A stretch of DNA of 64,000 nt from Caulobacterales bacterium (GCA_044445785.1 JBIOEF010000002.1:13831-77830), one strand, 5' to 3'. Numbered from the stretch's first letter, positions 40,356 through 51,021 are shown. The notes: generated by a model from the sequence alone, not told the origin. Translations and numbers: made by a program.

Positions 40356-41948
40356 ATGAACTCGCACTTCGACATCGTGGTGATCGGTTCGGGCGCCGGC
40401 GGCGCGACGCTCGCCCAGCGCCTGGCGCCCACCGGCAAGTCGATCCTGATCCTCGAGCGGGGCGAGCACCTGCCGCGCGAGGCGGAGAACTGGAGCCCCA
40501 AGGCCGTCTTCATCCAGCACCGCTATCGCACCCAGGAGCACTGGTACGACCGCCACGGCCATCCCTTCACCCCCAACACCCACTATTGGGTGGGCGGCAA
40601 CACCACCTTCTACGGCGCGGCCCTGATGCGGCTGCGCAAGAACGACTTCGAAGAGATGCAGCACGCTGGCGGCGTCTCGCCCGCCTGGCCGATCCGACTG
40701 GAGGACCTGGCGCCCTACTATGACGAGGCCGAGAAGCTCTGGTGCGTGCACGGCTCGCGGGGCGACGATCCCACCGAGAACGGCGATGAGCCGCCCTACG
40801 CCTATCCCGCGATCCAACATGACCCCGGCATCGCGCTCCTGAAGACCCACTGGGAGAACCAGGGCTGGAAGCCATTCACCTTGCCGCTCGGCGTCCGCCT
40901 CGACCAGGCCCATCCGGTGACCTCGCAATGCATCCGCTGCAAGACCTGCGGCGGCTATCCGTGTCTCCTCAAAGCCAAGGCCGACGCGCGCACGGTGGCC
41001 ATCGAGCCCTTGCTGGACGCGCCCAACGTCACCCTGCTCACCGGCCGCAAGGTGGTGAAGCTTCAGACCGATCCCTCCGGCCGAACGGTCACCGACGTCG
41101 TCTGCGTCGCCGAGCACGGCGAGGAGCGCTGGAGCGGCGATATCGTGGTGGTGGCGGCCGGCGCGGCCAACACCGCTGCCCTGCTGCTGGCCTCGGCGGG
41201 ACCCGGCCACGAGAGCGGCCTCGCCAACAGCTCCGACCAGGTCGGGCGCAACTACATGTTCCACACCCTGACGGCGATGGTCTCGATGACCGCCGAGCAC
41301 GTGCCGGTGACCTTCCCCAAAACCCTGGCGGTGAACGACTTCTACTGGAAGGATCCGCGCGGCGGGTTCGACCTCCCCATGGGCCACATCCAGCTCCTGG
41401 AATACATGTCCGGCCAGACCCTGGAGGGCGAGGTTTCCGACTGGCTGCCGCCGGCTCTGGTGCCGGACAGTCTGGCCGGCGCGCTGGCCGAGCGATTGCT
41501 CTCGATGCTGGTGATCTCCGAGGATCTGCCGGCGTCCGACAACCGCGTGCGGCTGCGATCCGACGGGAGCATCCAGCTCGACTATCAGCACAACAACCTG
41601 GAGGGACACGAGCGGCTGGTGAAGACCCTGCGCTCGTCGCTGGAGGGCTTCGTCGACAAGGCCCACCCGCTCTCCCAGCACCACTTCCAGTTCGACAGCC
41701 TCTTGCCGCTCTACGGCACCGCCCATCAGCTGGGGACGGTCCGGTTTGGCGCCGATCCGAAGAGCTCGGTGCTGGATCCGAACTGCAAGGCGCACGATCT
41801 GGACAACCTTTACGTCACCGACACTTCGTTCTTCGTCAGCTCGGCGGCGGTGAACCCGACGCTCACCACGGTCGCCAACGCCATGCGCGTCGGCGACCAC
41901 CTGATCGAGCGGCTGGGCGCCAAGGTCGCTACGGCGAACGCCTCCTAG
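40356..41948 (+). CDS. GMC family oxidoreductase
   Basis: GSGAGG, VGGNTTFYG, CIRCKTC, HQLGT, VNPTLT. Confidence 0.92.
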   Translation: MNSHFDIVVIGSGAGGATLAQRLAPTGKSILILERGEHLPREAENWSPKAVFIQHRYRTQEHWYDRHGHPFTPNTHYWVGGNTTFYGAALMRLRKNDFEEMQHAGGVSPAWPIRLEDLAPYYDEAEKLWCVHGSRGDDPTENGDEPPYAYPAIQHDPGIALLKTHWENQGWKPFTLPLGVRLDQAHPVTSQCIRCKTCGGYPCLLKAKADARTVAIEPLLDAPNVTLLTGRKVVKLQTDPSGRTVTDVVCVAEHGEERWSGDIVVVAAGAANTAALLLASAGPGHESGLANSSDQVGRNYMFHTLTAMVSMTAEHVPVTFPKTLAVNDFYWKDPRGGFDLPMGHIQLLEYMSGQTLEGEVSDWLPPALVPDSLAGALAERLLSMLVISEDLPASDNRVRLRSDGSIQLDYQHNNLEGHERLVKTLRSSLEGFVDKAHPLSQHHFQFDSLLPLYGTAHQLGTVRFGADPKSSVLDPNCKAHDLDNLYVTDTSFFVSSAAVNPTLTTVANAMRVGDHLIERLGAKVATANAS

Positions 41949-41958
41949 GGGAACGAGC

Positions 41959-43272
41959 ATGGCTCTTCGGTCTATTCTGGTCCTGGCTCTCTTCCTTCTC
42001 GCTGCCTGCGGGCCGTCCCCGAACTTGCCGGCCAAGGCTGGGTTCGGTCCTACGCCCACCTTGCCCGCCCCGCAGAAGGGGCTGATCCCGACGGTGAAGT
42101 TCGCCAAGCCGGTGGGCTGGCCGGCCGGCCGCACGCCTATCGCCGCGGCCGGGCTCAAGGTCCAGGCGTTCGCCCTTGGCCTCACCCATCCACGCTGGCT
42201 CTATGTGCTGCCGAACGGCGACGTGCTGGTCGCCGAGACCAACGGACCGCCCAGCCCGCCGGCCAAGGGGCTGCGCGGATTCGCCGAGAAGATCGTCGTC
42301 GGCATGGTCGGCGCGGACGTCCCCAGCCCCAACCGGATCATCCTGCTGCACGGCCTGAAGCCGGATGGGTCGGCGCAGAGCCGCAGCGTCTTCCTCCAGG
42401 GCCTCACCTCGCCCTTCGGCATGGCCCTGATCGGCGATGATCTCTACGTCGCCGACACCGACGCGGTGCTGCGCTTCCCCTATAAAGCCGGCGAGACCCA
42501 GATCGCGGAGCCGGGCGTCAAGGTCGCCGACCTGCCGGCTTTTCCCATCGACCATCACTGGACCAAGAACATCATCGCCAGCCCGGACGGGTCGAAGCTC
42601 TATGTGACCGTCGGCTCCAACAGCAACGTCGGCGAGAATGGGATCGCCGCGGAAAAGGGGCGGGCGAGGATCCTGGAGCTGGATCCTAAGACGGGTGAGA
42701 CGCGCGTCTTCGCCACGGGCCTGCGCAACCCCAACGGCCTCGACTGGCGGGGCGGCGTGCTCTGGACGGTGGTCAACGAGCGCGACGAGCTGGGCGACAA
42801 CCTGCCGCCCGACTATCTGACGGCGGTGAAGGACGGCGCCTTCTACGGCTGGCCTTACAGCTACTGGGGCGGGCACGTGGACACGCGGGTGAAGCCCCCG
42901 CGGCCGGACCTGGTCGCCAAGGCCGTGGCGCCGGACTATGCGCTGGGCTCGCACGTGGCGCCGCTGGGCCTCACGTTCTATCGCGGCTCGGCGCTGCCGC
43001 CTCACTACCGCGACGGCGCCTTCGTCGGCGAACACGGCTCGTGGAACCGCTCGGTGCTGGGCGGCTACAAGGTGGTCTTCATTCCCTTCAGCGGCGCCAA
43101 GCCGGCCGGCCCGCCCGAGGATGCGCTCACCGGCTTTCTCGACGACAAGGGCCAGGCCATGGGCCGGCCGGTGGGCGTGGTGGAGGACAAGACCGGCGCC
43201 CTCCTGGTCGCCGACGACGTTGGCGATGCGGTCTGGCGGGTGACGGCGGCGGGCCCTAATCAGGCGCAATGA
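41959..43272 (+). CDS. Sorbosone/PQQ-dependent sugar dehydrogenase family lipoprotein
   Basis: LAAC lipobox, HPRWLYVLPNGDVLVAE, GLRNPNG, HGSWNR. Confidence 0.9.
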   Translation: MALRSILVLALFLLAACGPSPNLPAKAGFGPTPTLPAPQKGLIPTVKFAKPVGWPAGRTPIAAAGLKVQAFALGLTHPRWLYVLPNGDVLVAETNGPPSPPAKGLRGFAEKIVVGMVGADVPSPNRIILLHGLKPDGSAQSRSVFLQGLTSPFGMALIGDDLYVADTDAVLRFPYKAGETQIAEPGVKVADLPAFPIDHHWTKNIIASPDGSKLYVTVGSNSNVGENGIAAEKGRARILELDPKTGETRVFATGLRNPNGLDWRGGVLWTVVNERDELGDNLPPDYLTAVKDGAFYGWPYSYWGGHVDTRVKPPRPDLVAKAVAPDYALGSHVAPLGLTFYRGSALPPHYRDGAFVGEHGSWNRSVLGGYKVVFIPFSGAKPAGPPEDALTGFLDDKGQAMGRPVGVVEDKTGALLVADDVGDAVWRVTAAGPNQAQ

Positions 43273-45353
43273 CCAAGCCGATTCCGCCCAGCCCGCGCAA
43301 GGACCCGAAGCGCATCACCCAGCTCGGCCGCGTGCGCGTCGACGACTACGCCTGGATGAAGGACGACAACTGGCAGGCGGTCCTGCACGACCCTTCCAAG
43401 GTGAAGGCCGAGGTGCGCGAGCATCTCGTCGCCGAGAACGCCTACACCGCCGCCGTTCTGGCGGGGACGGAAGGCCTGCAGAAGCAGCTCTTCGAAGAGA
43501 TGAAGGGCCGGATCAAGGAGGACGACGCCTCGGTTCCTTCGCCCGACGGCCGGTTCGAATACTTCAGCCGCTACGAGCTGGGCGCCCAGCATCCGCGGCA
43601 TCTGCGCCGGCCTCGCGCCGCGGCCGAGGGCGAGGCGGTGCTGCTGGACGAGGAGGCGCGCTCCAAGGGCCACGCCTACTATCAGGTCGGCGCCGCGTCG
43701 CACTCGCCCGACCATGCGCTCTACGCCTGGGCCGAAGACACCCAGGGCTCGGAATACTACCGCATCCACGTCAAGGACCTGGCGAGCGGCGAGACGCTGG
43801 CGGACGTCATCGACAACGCCTACGGCGACTTTGCCTTCTCGCCAGACTCGGCCTGGCTCTTCTGGATCTGGCGCGACGAGAACGCCCGTCCCTCCAAGGT
43901 CTTCCGCCGGCCTGCGCGGGGCGGCGAGGACGCGCTCATCTATGAGGAGCCGGACGAGGGCATGTTCCTGGGCGTCGGGACCACCGCCGACGACAGCCAC
44001 ATCCTGATCCGGGCCCAGAACCAGGAAACCAGCGAGGCCTGGCTGATCCCCGCCGGCGACCCAACCGCCCAGCCGGTGGTCGCCGAGGCGAGGCGCGAGG
44101 GCGTACGATACGGCCTGGACCGCTGGGGCGGGCGGTGGATCGTCCGCACCAATGCCGACGGCGCGGTGGACTTCAAGCTGGCGACGTCCGAGGCGCCGAT
44201 CCCTGGGCGCGAGAGCTGGCGCGACCTCATCGCCTACAAGCCCGGGTGCCTGATCGCCGGCGTCGCCGCCTACAAGGACCACCTGGTGCGGCTGGAGCGC
44301 GAGAACGCCTGCGACCGCCTGGTGGTGCGCGCCGCCGACGGCGCCGAGCACGCCATCGAATTCGATGAAGCCGCCTACGCCCTCTCGCTGGAGCGCGGCT
44401 ATGAGTACGACACGGCGGTGACCCGCTTCGTCTACCAGTCGCCGACGACGCCGCGCCAATGGTTCGACTACGACATGGCCAGCCGCGCGCGCACTCTGCG
44501 CAAGACCCAGGAGATCCCCTCCGGCCACGATCCGGCGCGCTATGAGACCCGCCGCCTCTACGCCCGCGCGAGCGACGGCGAGGACGTGCCGATCACCGTC
44601 CTGATGCTCAAGGGAACCCCGCTCGACGGGTCGGCGCCGCTGCTGGTCTACGGCTACGGCGCCTATGGCCACCCGCAGGAGCCGAGCTTCTCGATCCGCT
44701 CGCTGAGCCTCGTCGACCGGGGCTGGATCTGGGCCATGGCCCACATCCGCGGCGGCTCCGACAAGGGCTGGGGCTGGTTCCTGGACGGCAAGAAGTTCAA
44801 CAAGAAGAACACCTTCACCGACTTCATCGCCTGCGCAGAGCATCTGGCTTCGCAAGGCTACGGCCAGAGCGGCCGCATCGCGGCCTATGGCGGATCGGCC
44901 GGCGGCATGCTGATGGGCGCGATCGCCAACCTGCGCCCCGACCTCTGGGGCGCGATCATCGCCGCCGTGCCGTTCGTCGATGTGCTGAGCACCATCAGCG
45001 ACGACACCCTGCCGCTGACCCCGCCCGAGTGGCCCGAGTGGGGTAATCCGCTCACGGACGAAAAGGCTTACGACTACATCGCCAGCTACAGCCCCTACGA
45101 CAACGTGGCGGCGAGGCCGTATCCGCCGATCCTCGCCACCGGCGGCCTCTCGGACCCGCGGGTGACCTGGTGGGAGCCGGAAAAGTGGATCGCGCGCCTG
45201 CGCGAGCTCAGCACCAGCGCCTCGCCCATGTTGCTGAAGATCAACATGGAGGCCGGCCACGGCGGCGCCTCCGGCCGCTTCGATTTCCTCAAGGAGATCG
45301 CCCTCGACTACGCTTTCGCCATCTGGGCCATCGAAGGGGAGGGGCGGCGTTGA
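43269..45353 (+). CDS. ptrB: Oligopeptidase B (S9A)
   Basis: YGYGAYG, GGSAGG, DPRV, EAGHGGASGR. Confidence 0.93.
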   Translation: MTKPIPPSPRKDPKRITQLGRVRVDDYAWMKDDNWQAVLHDPSKVKAEVREHLVAENAYTAAVLAGTEGLQKQLFEEMKGRIKEDDASVPSPDGRFEYFSRYELGAQHPRHLRRPRAAAEGEAVLLDEEARSKGHAYYQVGAASHSPDHALYAWAEDTQGSEYYRIHVKDLASGETLADVIDNAYGDFAFSPDSAWLFWIWRDENARPSKVFRRPARGGEDALIYEEPDEGMFLGVGTTADDSHILIRAQNQETSEAWLIPAGDPTAQPVVAEARREGVRYGLDRWGGRWIVRTNADGAVDFKLATSEAPIPGRESWRDLIAYKPGCLIAGVAAYKDHLVRLERENACDRLVVRAADGAEHAIEFDEAAYALSLERGYEYDTAVTRFVYQSPTTPRQWFDYDMASRARTLRKTQEIPSGHDPARYETRRLYARASDGEDVPITVLMLKGTPLDGSAPLLVYGYGAYGHPQEPSFSIRSLSLVDRGWIWAMAHIRGGSDKGWGWFLDGKKFNKKNTFTDFIACAEHLASQGYGQSGRIAAYGGSAGGMLMGAIANLRPDLWGAIIAAVPFVDVLSTISDDTLPLTPPEWPEWGNPLTDEKAYDYIASYSPYDNVAARPYPPILATGGLSDPRVTWWEPEKWIARLRELSTSASPMLLKINMEAGHGGASGRFDFLKEIALDYAFAIWAIEGEGRR

Positions 45354-45895
45354 TCGTCCGAGGGGCGCTGGCGGCCGACGCGGGCGCCGTGGCCGCCATC
45401 TACGGCCACCACGTGCTGCACGGCCTTGGCACCTTCGAGGAAGCGCCGCCGTCGGACGCGGAGTCCGGCCGTCGCATCGCCGCCGTGACCGAGCGCGGCC
45501 TGCCCTATCTCGTGGCCGAGGAAGACCGCCGGGTGGTCGGCTTCGCCTACGCCGCCCCGTTCCGGCCGCGCGCGGCCTATCGCTACACGGTTGAGGACAG
45601 CGTCTATATCGATCCGGGCTTCATCGGCCGCGGCGTCGGCAAGGCGCTGGTGGCGCAGGTGATCGAGCGGTGCGAGGCGCTGGGCCTGCGCCAGATGGTG
45701 GCGGTGATTGGCGATTCCGCCAACGCCGGCTCCATCGGCCTGCACCGCTCGTTGGGCTTTGTCGACGCCGGCGTCGGCTGCGCGTTCGGCTTCAAGTTCG
45801 GCCGCTGGGTCGACGTGGTCTGGATGCGGCGCACGCTCAACGACGGCGACGGCTCGATCCCCTCGGCGCCCGGCCTGGACCTGACCGGCGGCTAG
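45350..45895 (+). CDS. GNAT acetyltransferase (PAT/YncA-like)
   Basis: TFEE.PP, AYRYTVEDSVY, GRGVG, S..LH..LGF, KFGRW.D; TTG start. Confidence 0.9.
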   Translation: MIVRGALAADAGAVAAIYGHHVLHGLGTFEEAPPSDAESGRRIAAVTERGLPYLVAEEDRRVVGFAYAAPFRPRAAYRYTVEDSVYIDPGFIGRGVGKALVAQVIERCEALGLRQMVAVIGDSANAGSIGLHRSLGFVDAGVGCAFGFKFGRWVDVVWMRRTLNDGDGSIPSAPGLDLTGG

Positions 45896-48102
45896 GTCGC
45901 CGCCGTTGGCCGCCGGGCCAGCAACTGGCCCAGTTTGCGCGCGAGGTCGGCCTTGGCGTAGGGCTTGGAGATCAGGTTGACGCCCTCGTCCAGCCGTCCG
46001 TGATGGACGATGGCGTTCTCGGTGTAGCCCGAGGTGAAGAGGATCGGCAGGCCGGGGCGCAGCGCCCGCACTCGCTCGGCGAACTCGCGGGTCCGCAAGG
46101 GGCCAGGCATGACCACGTCGGTGAACACCAGGTCGATCCGTCCGCCATCCTCGATCAGCCTCAGCGCGGTCTCGGCGTCGGGCGCCTCCAGCCAGCGGTA
46201 GCCAAGCTCGGCCAGGGTGGCGAGCGCCGCCGCGCGCACGGCGGTCTCGTCCTCCACCACCAGGATCACCCGGCTGTGGCCGTCGAGGGCGCCCGCGTCG
46301 TCGTCCTCGGCCTGCGCCGCCACCGCCTGGCGCGAGCGCGGCAGATAGATCTTCACCGTCGTACCGTGCCCGACCTCGCTGTAGATCTGGATGTGTCCGC
46401 TGGACTGCTTGACGAAGCCGTAGACCATCGAGAGCCCCAAACCCGTCCCCTTGCCCGCGGCCTTGGTGGTGAAGAAGGGCTCGAACACCTTGGTCTTCGT
46501 CTCTTCGCTCATCCCCTCGCCGGTGTCCGAGATCGCCAGCAGCACATATTGACCGGCGGTTACGTCGCGGGCCTGGCGCGCGTACTCGTCGTCGAGGACG
46601 GCGTTGGTGATCTCCACGGTGAGGCGCCCGCCCTCGGGCATCGCGTCCCTGGCGTTGAGCGCTAGGTTCAAGATCGCGCTCTCCACCTGGGCCGGGTCGG
46701 CGATGGTGTTCCAGAGGCCGCCGGCGACCACCGTCTCCACCTCGATCGCCTCGCCCAGCGTGCGGCGCAAGAGGTCGGCCATGTCGCTCACCACCCGCGA
46801 GAGGTTGATCACCTGCGGCTCCAGGGGCTGGCGGCGGGCGAAGGCCAGCAGCTGGCGGGTGAGCTGGGCCGCGCGGTCGGCGCCGTGGATCGCGTTCTTC
46901 AGCCGCGCCGAGGCCCGCTCGTCGCTGGCGACGGCGTCCTCCAGCAGCTCCAGATTGCCGCGGATCACCTGCAGCAGGTTGTTGAAGTCGTGGGCGACCC
47001 CGCCGGTGAGCTGGCCTACAGCCTCCATCCGCTGCGAATCCCGCAGCCGCTCGTCGGAGCGCACCCGATCGGTGATGTCGCGCACCGAGCCGATGATGCG
47101 GTCAGTGACGCCCTCGGCGTTCTTCACCGGGGCGATGATCGATTCCCACGTTCGCGGCCCGTCCGGCAGGCCCGGGATCACGTCGCGGGTGGTGATCGGC
47201 CGGTCGGCCGCGCGGACCCGGCGATAGTGCGAGATCAGCCGCTCGCCTGCCACTCCAGGCAGCAGCTCGGTGAGCGCACGGCCCCGCACGCGCTCGGCGG
47301 AGGTTCGCAGGGCTTTCTCGAACGCCGGGTTGATGTCGGCCAGCACGAAGCGGTCGTCCGGCTCGATGTTGAGCACGAAGAAGTAGTCGGGGGCGTTGGT
47401 GAAGAGGGCCCGGGAGAGGGCGTCGCTGGCTTCCCGCGCCACCTGTGCGCGCTGCGCTTGGTCCATGGCTCTGGTCAGCCGGCGATTGGCGCCGGCCAGC
47501 AGCGAGGCGCCGGCGGTGAGCCCGGTCAGCGCCACCAGGCTCAGCACCATGGCGATCGCCAGCGTCAGCCGTTCCTGCTGGTCCGCTTCGGCCGTGCGGC
47601 GCTGCAGCAGCGTCCCTTCGAAGCCGCGGATGGCGATCACCCGACTGCGGATGTCCTCCATGGTCGCGCGCCCCTGGTCGCCCAGCACCATCACCCGCGC
47701 GGTCTGGAAGTCTCCCTGGCGCGCCACCGCGACGATCCGGCTGATGATCGCCTGGCGCCGGTCGATCGCCTGGTTGAGACCCTTCACCCGCGCCGTCTGG
47801 TCCAGATCGTCGGCGACCAGTCGCGTCAGTTCGGCTTCCGCCTGGGGGATCGCTTCGGTGGCGCGGACGTTGGGCGCCAGGTATCGCGGGTCCTCGGTGA
47901 TCAGGAAGCCGCGCTCGCCGGTCTCGGAGTCCTGCACCGAGGAGAAGAGGCTCTGAGTGGATTCGATCACCGCGTGGGTGTGGGCGACCCAGGCCCTGGC
48001 CCGGGCGAGCGACGTCAGGTGGGTGAAGGCGAGGTAGAGGCTCAGCCCAGCAACGATCAGGGCCAGGGCGATCGAGGCGGCGATGACTCGCTTGAAACCC
48101 AA
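45892..48102 (-). CDS. Hybrid sensor kinase (CHASE3-PAS-HisKA-HATPase-REC)
   Basis: DSETGERGFLIT (CHASE3), GGVAHDFNNLL, GTGLGL, FTDVVMPG. Confidence 0.94.
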   Translation of the reverse strand: MGFKRVIAASIALALIVAGLSLYLAFTHLTSLARARAWVAHTHAVIESTQSLFSSVQDSETGERGFLITEDPRYLAPNVRATEAIPQAEAELTRLVADDLDQTARVKGLNQAIDRRQAIISRIVAVARQGDFQTARVMVLGDQGRATMEDIRSRVIAIRGFEGTLLQRRTAEADQQERLTLAIAMVLSLVALTGLTAGASLLAGANRRLTRAMDQAQRAQVAREASDALSRALFTNAPDYFFVLNIEPDDRFVLADINPAFEKALRTSAERVRGRALTELLPGVAGERLISHYRRVRAADRPITTRDVIPGLPDGPRTWESIIAPVKNAEGVTDRIIGSVRDITDRVRSDERLRDSQRMEAVGQLTGGVAHDFNNLLQVIRGNLELLEDAVASDERASARLKNAIHGADRAAQLTRQLLAFARRQPLEPQVINLSRVVSDMADLLRRTLGEAIEVETVVAGGLWNTIADPAQVESAILNLALNARDAMPEGGRLTVEITNAVLDDEYARQARDVTAGQYVLLAISDTGEGMSEETKTKVFEPFFTTKAAGKGTGLGLSMVYGFVKQSSGHIQIYSEVGHGTTVKIYLPRSRQAVAAQAEDDDAGALDGHSRVILVVEDETAVRAAALATLAELGYRWLEAPDAETALRLIEDGGRIDLVFTDVVMPGPLRTREFAERVRALRPGLPILFTSGYTENAIVHHGRLDEGVNLISKPYAKADLARKLGQLLARRPTAAT

Positions 48103-48214
48103 TGCGCGGTCCTCCGAGGGGCCCTTTGCAGGGGCCGCTGGCTGCCGTTCCTGGACGTTTACCGAATTTTTCGCGCCGCGCCTCCACCAGAGTTACGTGT
48201 ACTGAGCTGACGCC

Positions 48215-48421
48215 ATGGACATCCGCGCTCAAGTCGATCTGGCTATCGACGAAGACCGAAAGGCGCCGTGCCTCTGGGTCCCGGCCGAGCATTGGGCCGC
48301 GCTTGGCGAGCAGTTGGGCCGCGTTCCCAATCGCATCGGCGTGATCGTCTACCGCGGCAAGACCATCCGCGAAGGCCCGCCCTACTCAGACGTCACAACG
48401 CGTCCCGACTCAGAATGCTGA
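48215..48421 (+). CDS. Small hypothetical protein
   Basis: 68-aa ORF filling the gap, plausible codon usage. Confidence 0.5.
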   Translation: MDIRAQVDLAIDEDRKAPCLWVPAEHWAALGEQLGRVPNRIGVIVYRGKTIREGPPYSDVTTRPDSEC

Positions 48422-48452
48422 TCGCGCGGCGAGGGCTCGGGAGAGCCGGCCG

Positions 48453-48860
48453 CTATCCGGGCATCCGTGCGAAATGCTGCAGTTCCCCACCCAGGTGCAC
48501 CCAGGGCTGAGCGCTCGCGCAGAAGATTTCCATCGATGGTTTGAACTGGGAGGTGTCGTCCATCGGACCGGTGGTGAGCAGCACCGCGCCCGGCATCGCC
48601 TCTGGGCGGGACATCATGGTGGATCCGCATTCGGGGCAGAAACTGCGATGCGCCGCCATGCCGCTCCCGGCTTTGACAGTGACTGTCTTCGGCGAGCCCT
48701 GCACGCTGAGGCTGGCCTCAGGAATCGCGACGACCGCCGAGAAGGCCGAACCGGTCGCCCGCTGGCAGTCCTTGCAATGGCAGACGCCCATGAACATGGG
48801 TTCAGCCTCAGCGCTGTAGCGGATGTTCCCACACAGGCAGGCGCCAGTGAATTTTGGCAT
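48453..48860 (-). CDS. GFA (CENP-V) family protein
   Basis: GACLCG, CHCKDCQR, FCPECG; GGAGA RBS. Confidence 0.92.
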   Translation of the reverse strand: MPKFTGACLCGNIRYSAEAEPMFMGVCHCKDCQRATGSAFSAVVAIPEASLSVQGSPKTVTVKAGSGMAAHRSFCPECGSTMMSRPEAMPGAVLLTTGPMDDTSQFKPSMEIFCASAQPWVHLGGELQHFARMPG

Positions 48861-49009
48861 TCGTCTCTCCATGTTCGCGACACTCGCCGACCCTCGGCTG
48901 GGGCCGGCTTCGGCGGGCTGACTTGGCCACCAGACGCAGACATTGGCAAGGCTAGGCGCGACGGGCGGCGCAGTGATGGAGCAATCCCACGCCGCATCGG
49001 TCAAGTAGT

Positions 49010-49084
49010 GTCAGGTCCTGGCCAACTCAGACGACCATCGGCATTGGCCACTGGCGCTCCACGCGCCAGATCTGGGTGCAGTTG
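49010..49084 (-). repeat. Direct duplicate of deacetylase 3' end and downstream bases
   Basis: Matches 50364-50440 with few mismatches/indels. Confidence 0.88.
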
Positions 49085-49091
49085 GGACTGC

Positions 49092-50252
49092 TTAGGGCTG
49101 GTCCGCCCAACCACGACCGTCGCCGGTCTCCCACGCGCCGGATACGGCCGTTCCGTCTCGAGTGAGCACGAGGCGCTTGGCCCAGAACGGCAACACGGCT
49201 CGACCGCTCGCATCGAAAGGCTCGGCGCCTCGCCAGACAATCACCGACTTGCCGTTTTGCATCACTTGCGCCGCGATCGTCACCGTCACGGGCGAGACCT
49301 TTTCCACAATCAGCGCAAGGTCGAGCGCGCCCAGTTCGTCCTCGCTTTCCACCTCAAGGGAGATCGGCGCCGGGACTCCCTTGTAGTAGGTGATGTCAGC
49401 GAGCGAAGTTGGGAACCAACCTGGCTGGGCCACGACCTCATAGTCGTGGTCGCTCGCGCGAAAGCACCAAGCCGCATCCGCACGAACGGGGATTCCCGCA
49501 AAACGGGGCTCGGTCTTCATCCGGCACCATAGGGTCATGTGCGGGCTCAGCCCGTCAATCCAAGGCGCAGGCGACAAGAACTGCATCAACTCGGACCCCG
49601 CCTCGAAACGACCCCCAAAGAACGAGAGGTCGCCGGTGAGCTTCGCGGTCAGCCGATGGCTGGCTCGGCCGGTCACCAGAGTCCCCTTGGCGACCGCGCC
49701 TGAAGACAGCGATAGCGACGAGGGGTCTATTCCGATCGCGCCGATGGCGAAGGGCTCGTTGCGGGCGGGCGGCAGAGGCGTCGGTTCCGCGGCGTTGGCC
49801 GCCCTGATCCGCTCGCTCGCGGCGTCAGCGGTAAGGTTCGCGAGCCACGCGGCGCGCTCCTCCGCCGATCGGGACGCGGCGAACATTCGGGCTTCCTGGT
49901 CGGTGAGCGTAATGATCGCGTAGCCTCGGTCCTTCATGCAGAAGCGCTGAAAACGCGCGCGAACCGCTCGATTCTCCTCCGAGCCGGCCCAAGCGGCGAT
50001 CATTGCTCCCGTCAGCCCCAGGGAGTTGGCTGAGGCGCCTCTGTAGAGTGGGTTTATCGGTTCGGCGCCCCCGATCGGCGGCGGCAAGCCGGTCCAGGAA
50101 TCGCCCGGCCAGGTCTTCGCCAGATCGTCGCAGGCTTGAATGTCGGCCTGGTAGCCTGCCGCGGTTTGCCCAATCTTGACCGGGGCAGTGGGCGAGGCCT
50201 GCGCGGCGTTCGCCGCGGCCGCGACGACAAACGCGAGCACTGCCAGCTTCAT
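49092..50252 (-). CDS. Secreted hypothetical protein (386 aa)
   Basis: Signal peptide MKLAVLAFVVAAAANAAQA; GGGGAG RBS; D..AC...CMKDRGY motif. Confidence 0.75.
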   Translation of the reverse strand: MKLAVLAFVVAAAANAAQASPTAPVKIGQTAAGYQADIQACDDLAKTWPGDSWTGLPPPIGGAEPINPLYRGASANSLGLTGAMIAAWAGSEENRAVRARFQRFCMKDRGYAIITLTDQEARMFAASRSAEERAAWLANLTADAASERIRAANAAEPTPLPPARNEPFAIGAIGIDPSSLSLSSGAVAKGTLVTGRASHRLTAKLTGDLSFFGGRFEAGSELMQFLSPAPWIDGLSPHMTLWCRMKTEPRFAGIPVRADAAWCFRASDHDYEVVAQPGWFPTSLADITYYKGVPAPISLEVESEDELGALDLALIVEKVSPVTVTIAAQVMQNGKSVIVWRGAEPFDASGRAVLPFWAKRLVLTRDGTAVSGAWETGDGRGWADQP

Positions 50253-50381
50253 GCGCATCTCCCCCTTGGAAGGTTCGCAGGACCTTGGCGGTTCGCCCAC
50301 ACGCCAAGCGGCTGAGATGGAAACCGAGGTTCCGGGGAACGAGGGCCCATCAGGCCAGATGGCGTCACGGTCCTGGCCAAC

Positions 50382-51011
50382 TCAGACGACCATCGGCATC
50401 GGCCACTGGCGCTCGCCGCGCCAGATCGGGGTGCAGTCGGCCGGGAAGGCCTGGGTGAATTCGGCGCCGAGGTCCTTGGCCTCATCGAGGAACTCCGCCA
50501 GTCGGCGCATGGCCCCGGTCGGCAGATCGTGGACCACGACGACCGGCCAGGCGAGGCGGCGGGTGTCGGCGAGCGCGGTCTTTGGCCACCCTTCGATATC
50601 TTCCCAGTCGCGGGGCACGCTGTTCCACAGAACGCAGCTGTAACGGTCGGCGATCAGGCGATCGCTGGCGGCGGGGGACATCATCTGCGGGCCGATGACG
50701 CCGCCGCCGGCGGCGGGGCGGAAGAGCCTGTCAGCGTCGGTCAGATCGCCCAGCAGCGCTTGGGTGCGATCGATCTCCTGGACTGCCTCCGCGGGCGGCA
50801 GGCTCCCCAGCTGCCGGTGGGACCAGGTGTGGTTGCCGATGCGGTGGCCGCGGGCGAGGACGTCGTCGGCGATCGTCCGCGCGCCGGGCTTGGCCAACAT
50901 CCGGCCCAGCATGAAGAACGTCGCCTTGACCTCAGCGGCGTCCAGCACGTCGAGCACCTGCGGAGTGGCGACCAGGTCCGGGCCGTTGTCGAAGGTCAGG
51001 GAGAGGTTCAC
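50382..51011 (-). CDS. Polysaccharide deacetylase (NodB/CE4)
   Basis: LTFDNGP, ATFF, GNHTWSH, FRP, VHD. Confidence 0.9.
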   Translation of the reverse strand: MNLSLTFDNGPDLVATPQVLDVLDAAEVKATFFMLGRMLAKPGARTIADDVLARGHRIGNHTWSHRQLGSLPPAEAVQEIDRTQALLGDLTDADRLFRPAAGGGVIGPQMMSPAASDRLIADRYSCVLWNSVPRDWEDIEGWPKTALADTRRLAWPVVVVHDLPTGAMRRLAEFLDEAKDLGAEFTQAFPADCTPIWRGERQWPMPMVV

Positions 51012-51021
51012 CGAACGTCCC

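Noticed and set aside
2619-47956. Long antisense or alternate-frame ORFs (e.g. 2619-4505, 22378-24099, 26047-27789, 40299-42185, 43260-45260)
   Set aside because: Shadow ORFs expected from high-GC codon bias; they overlap motif-supported genes and lack recognisable domains.
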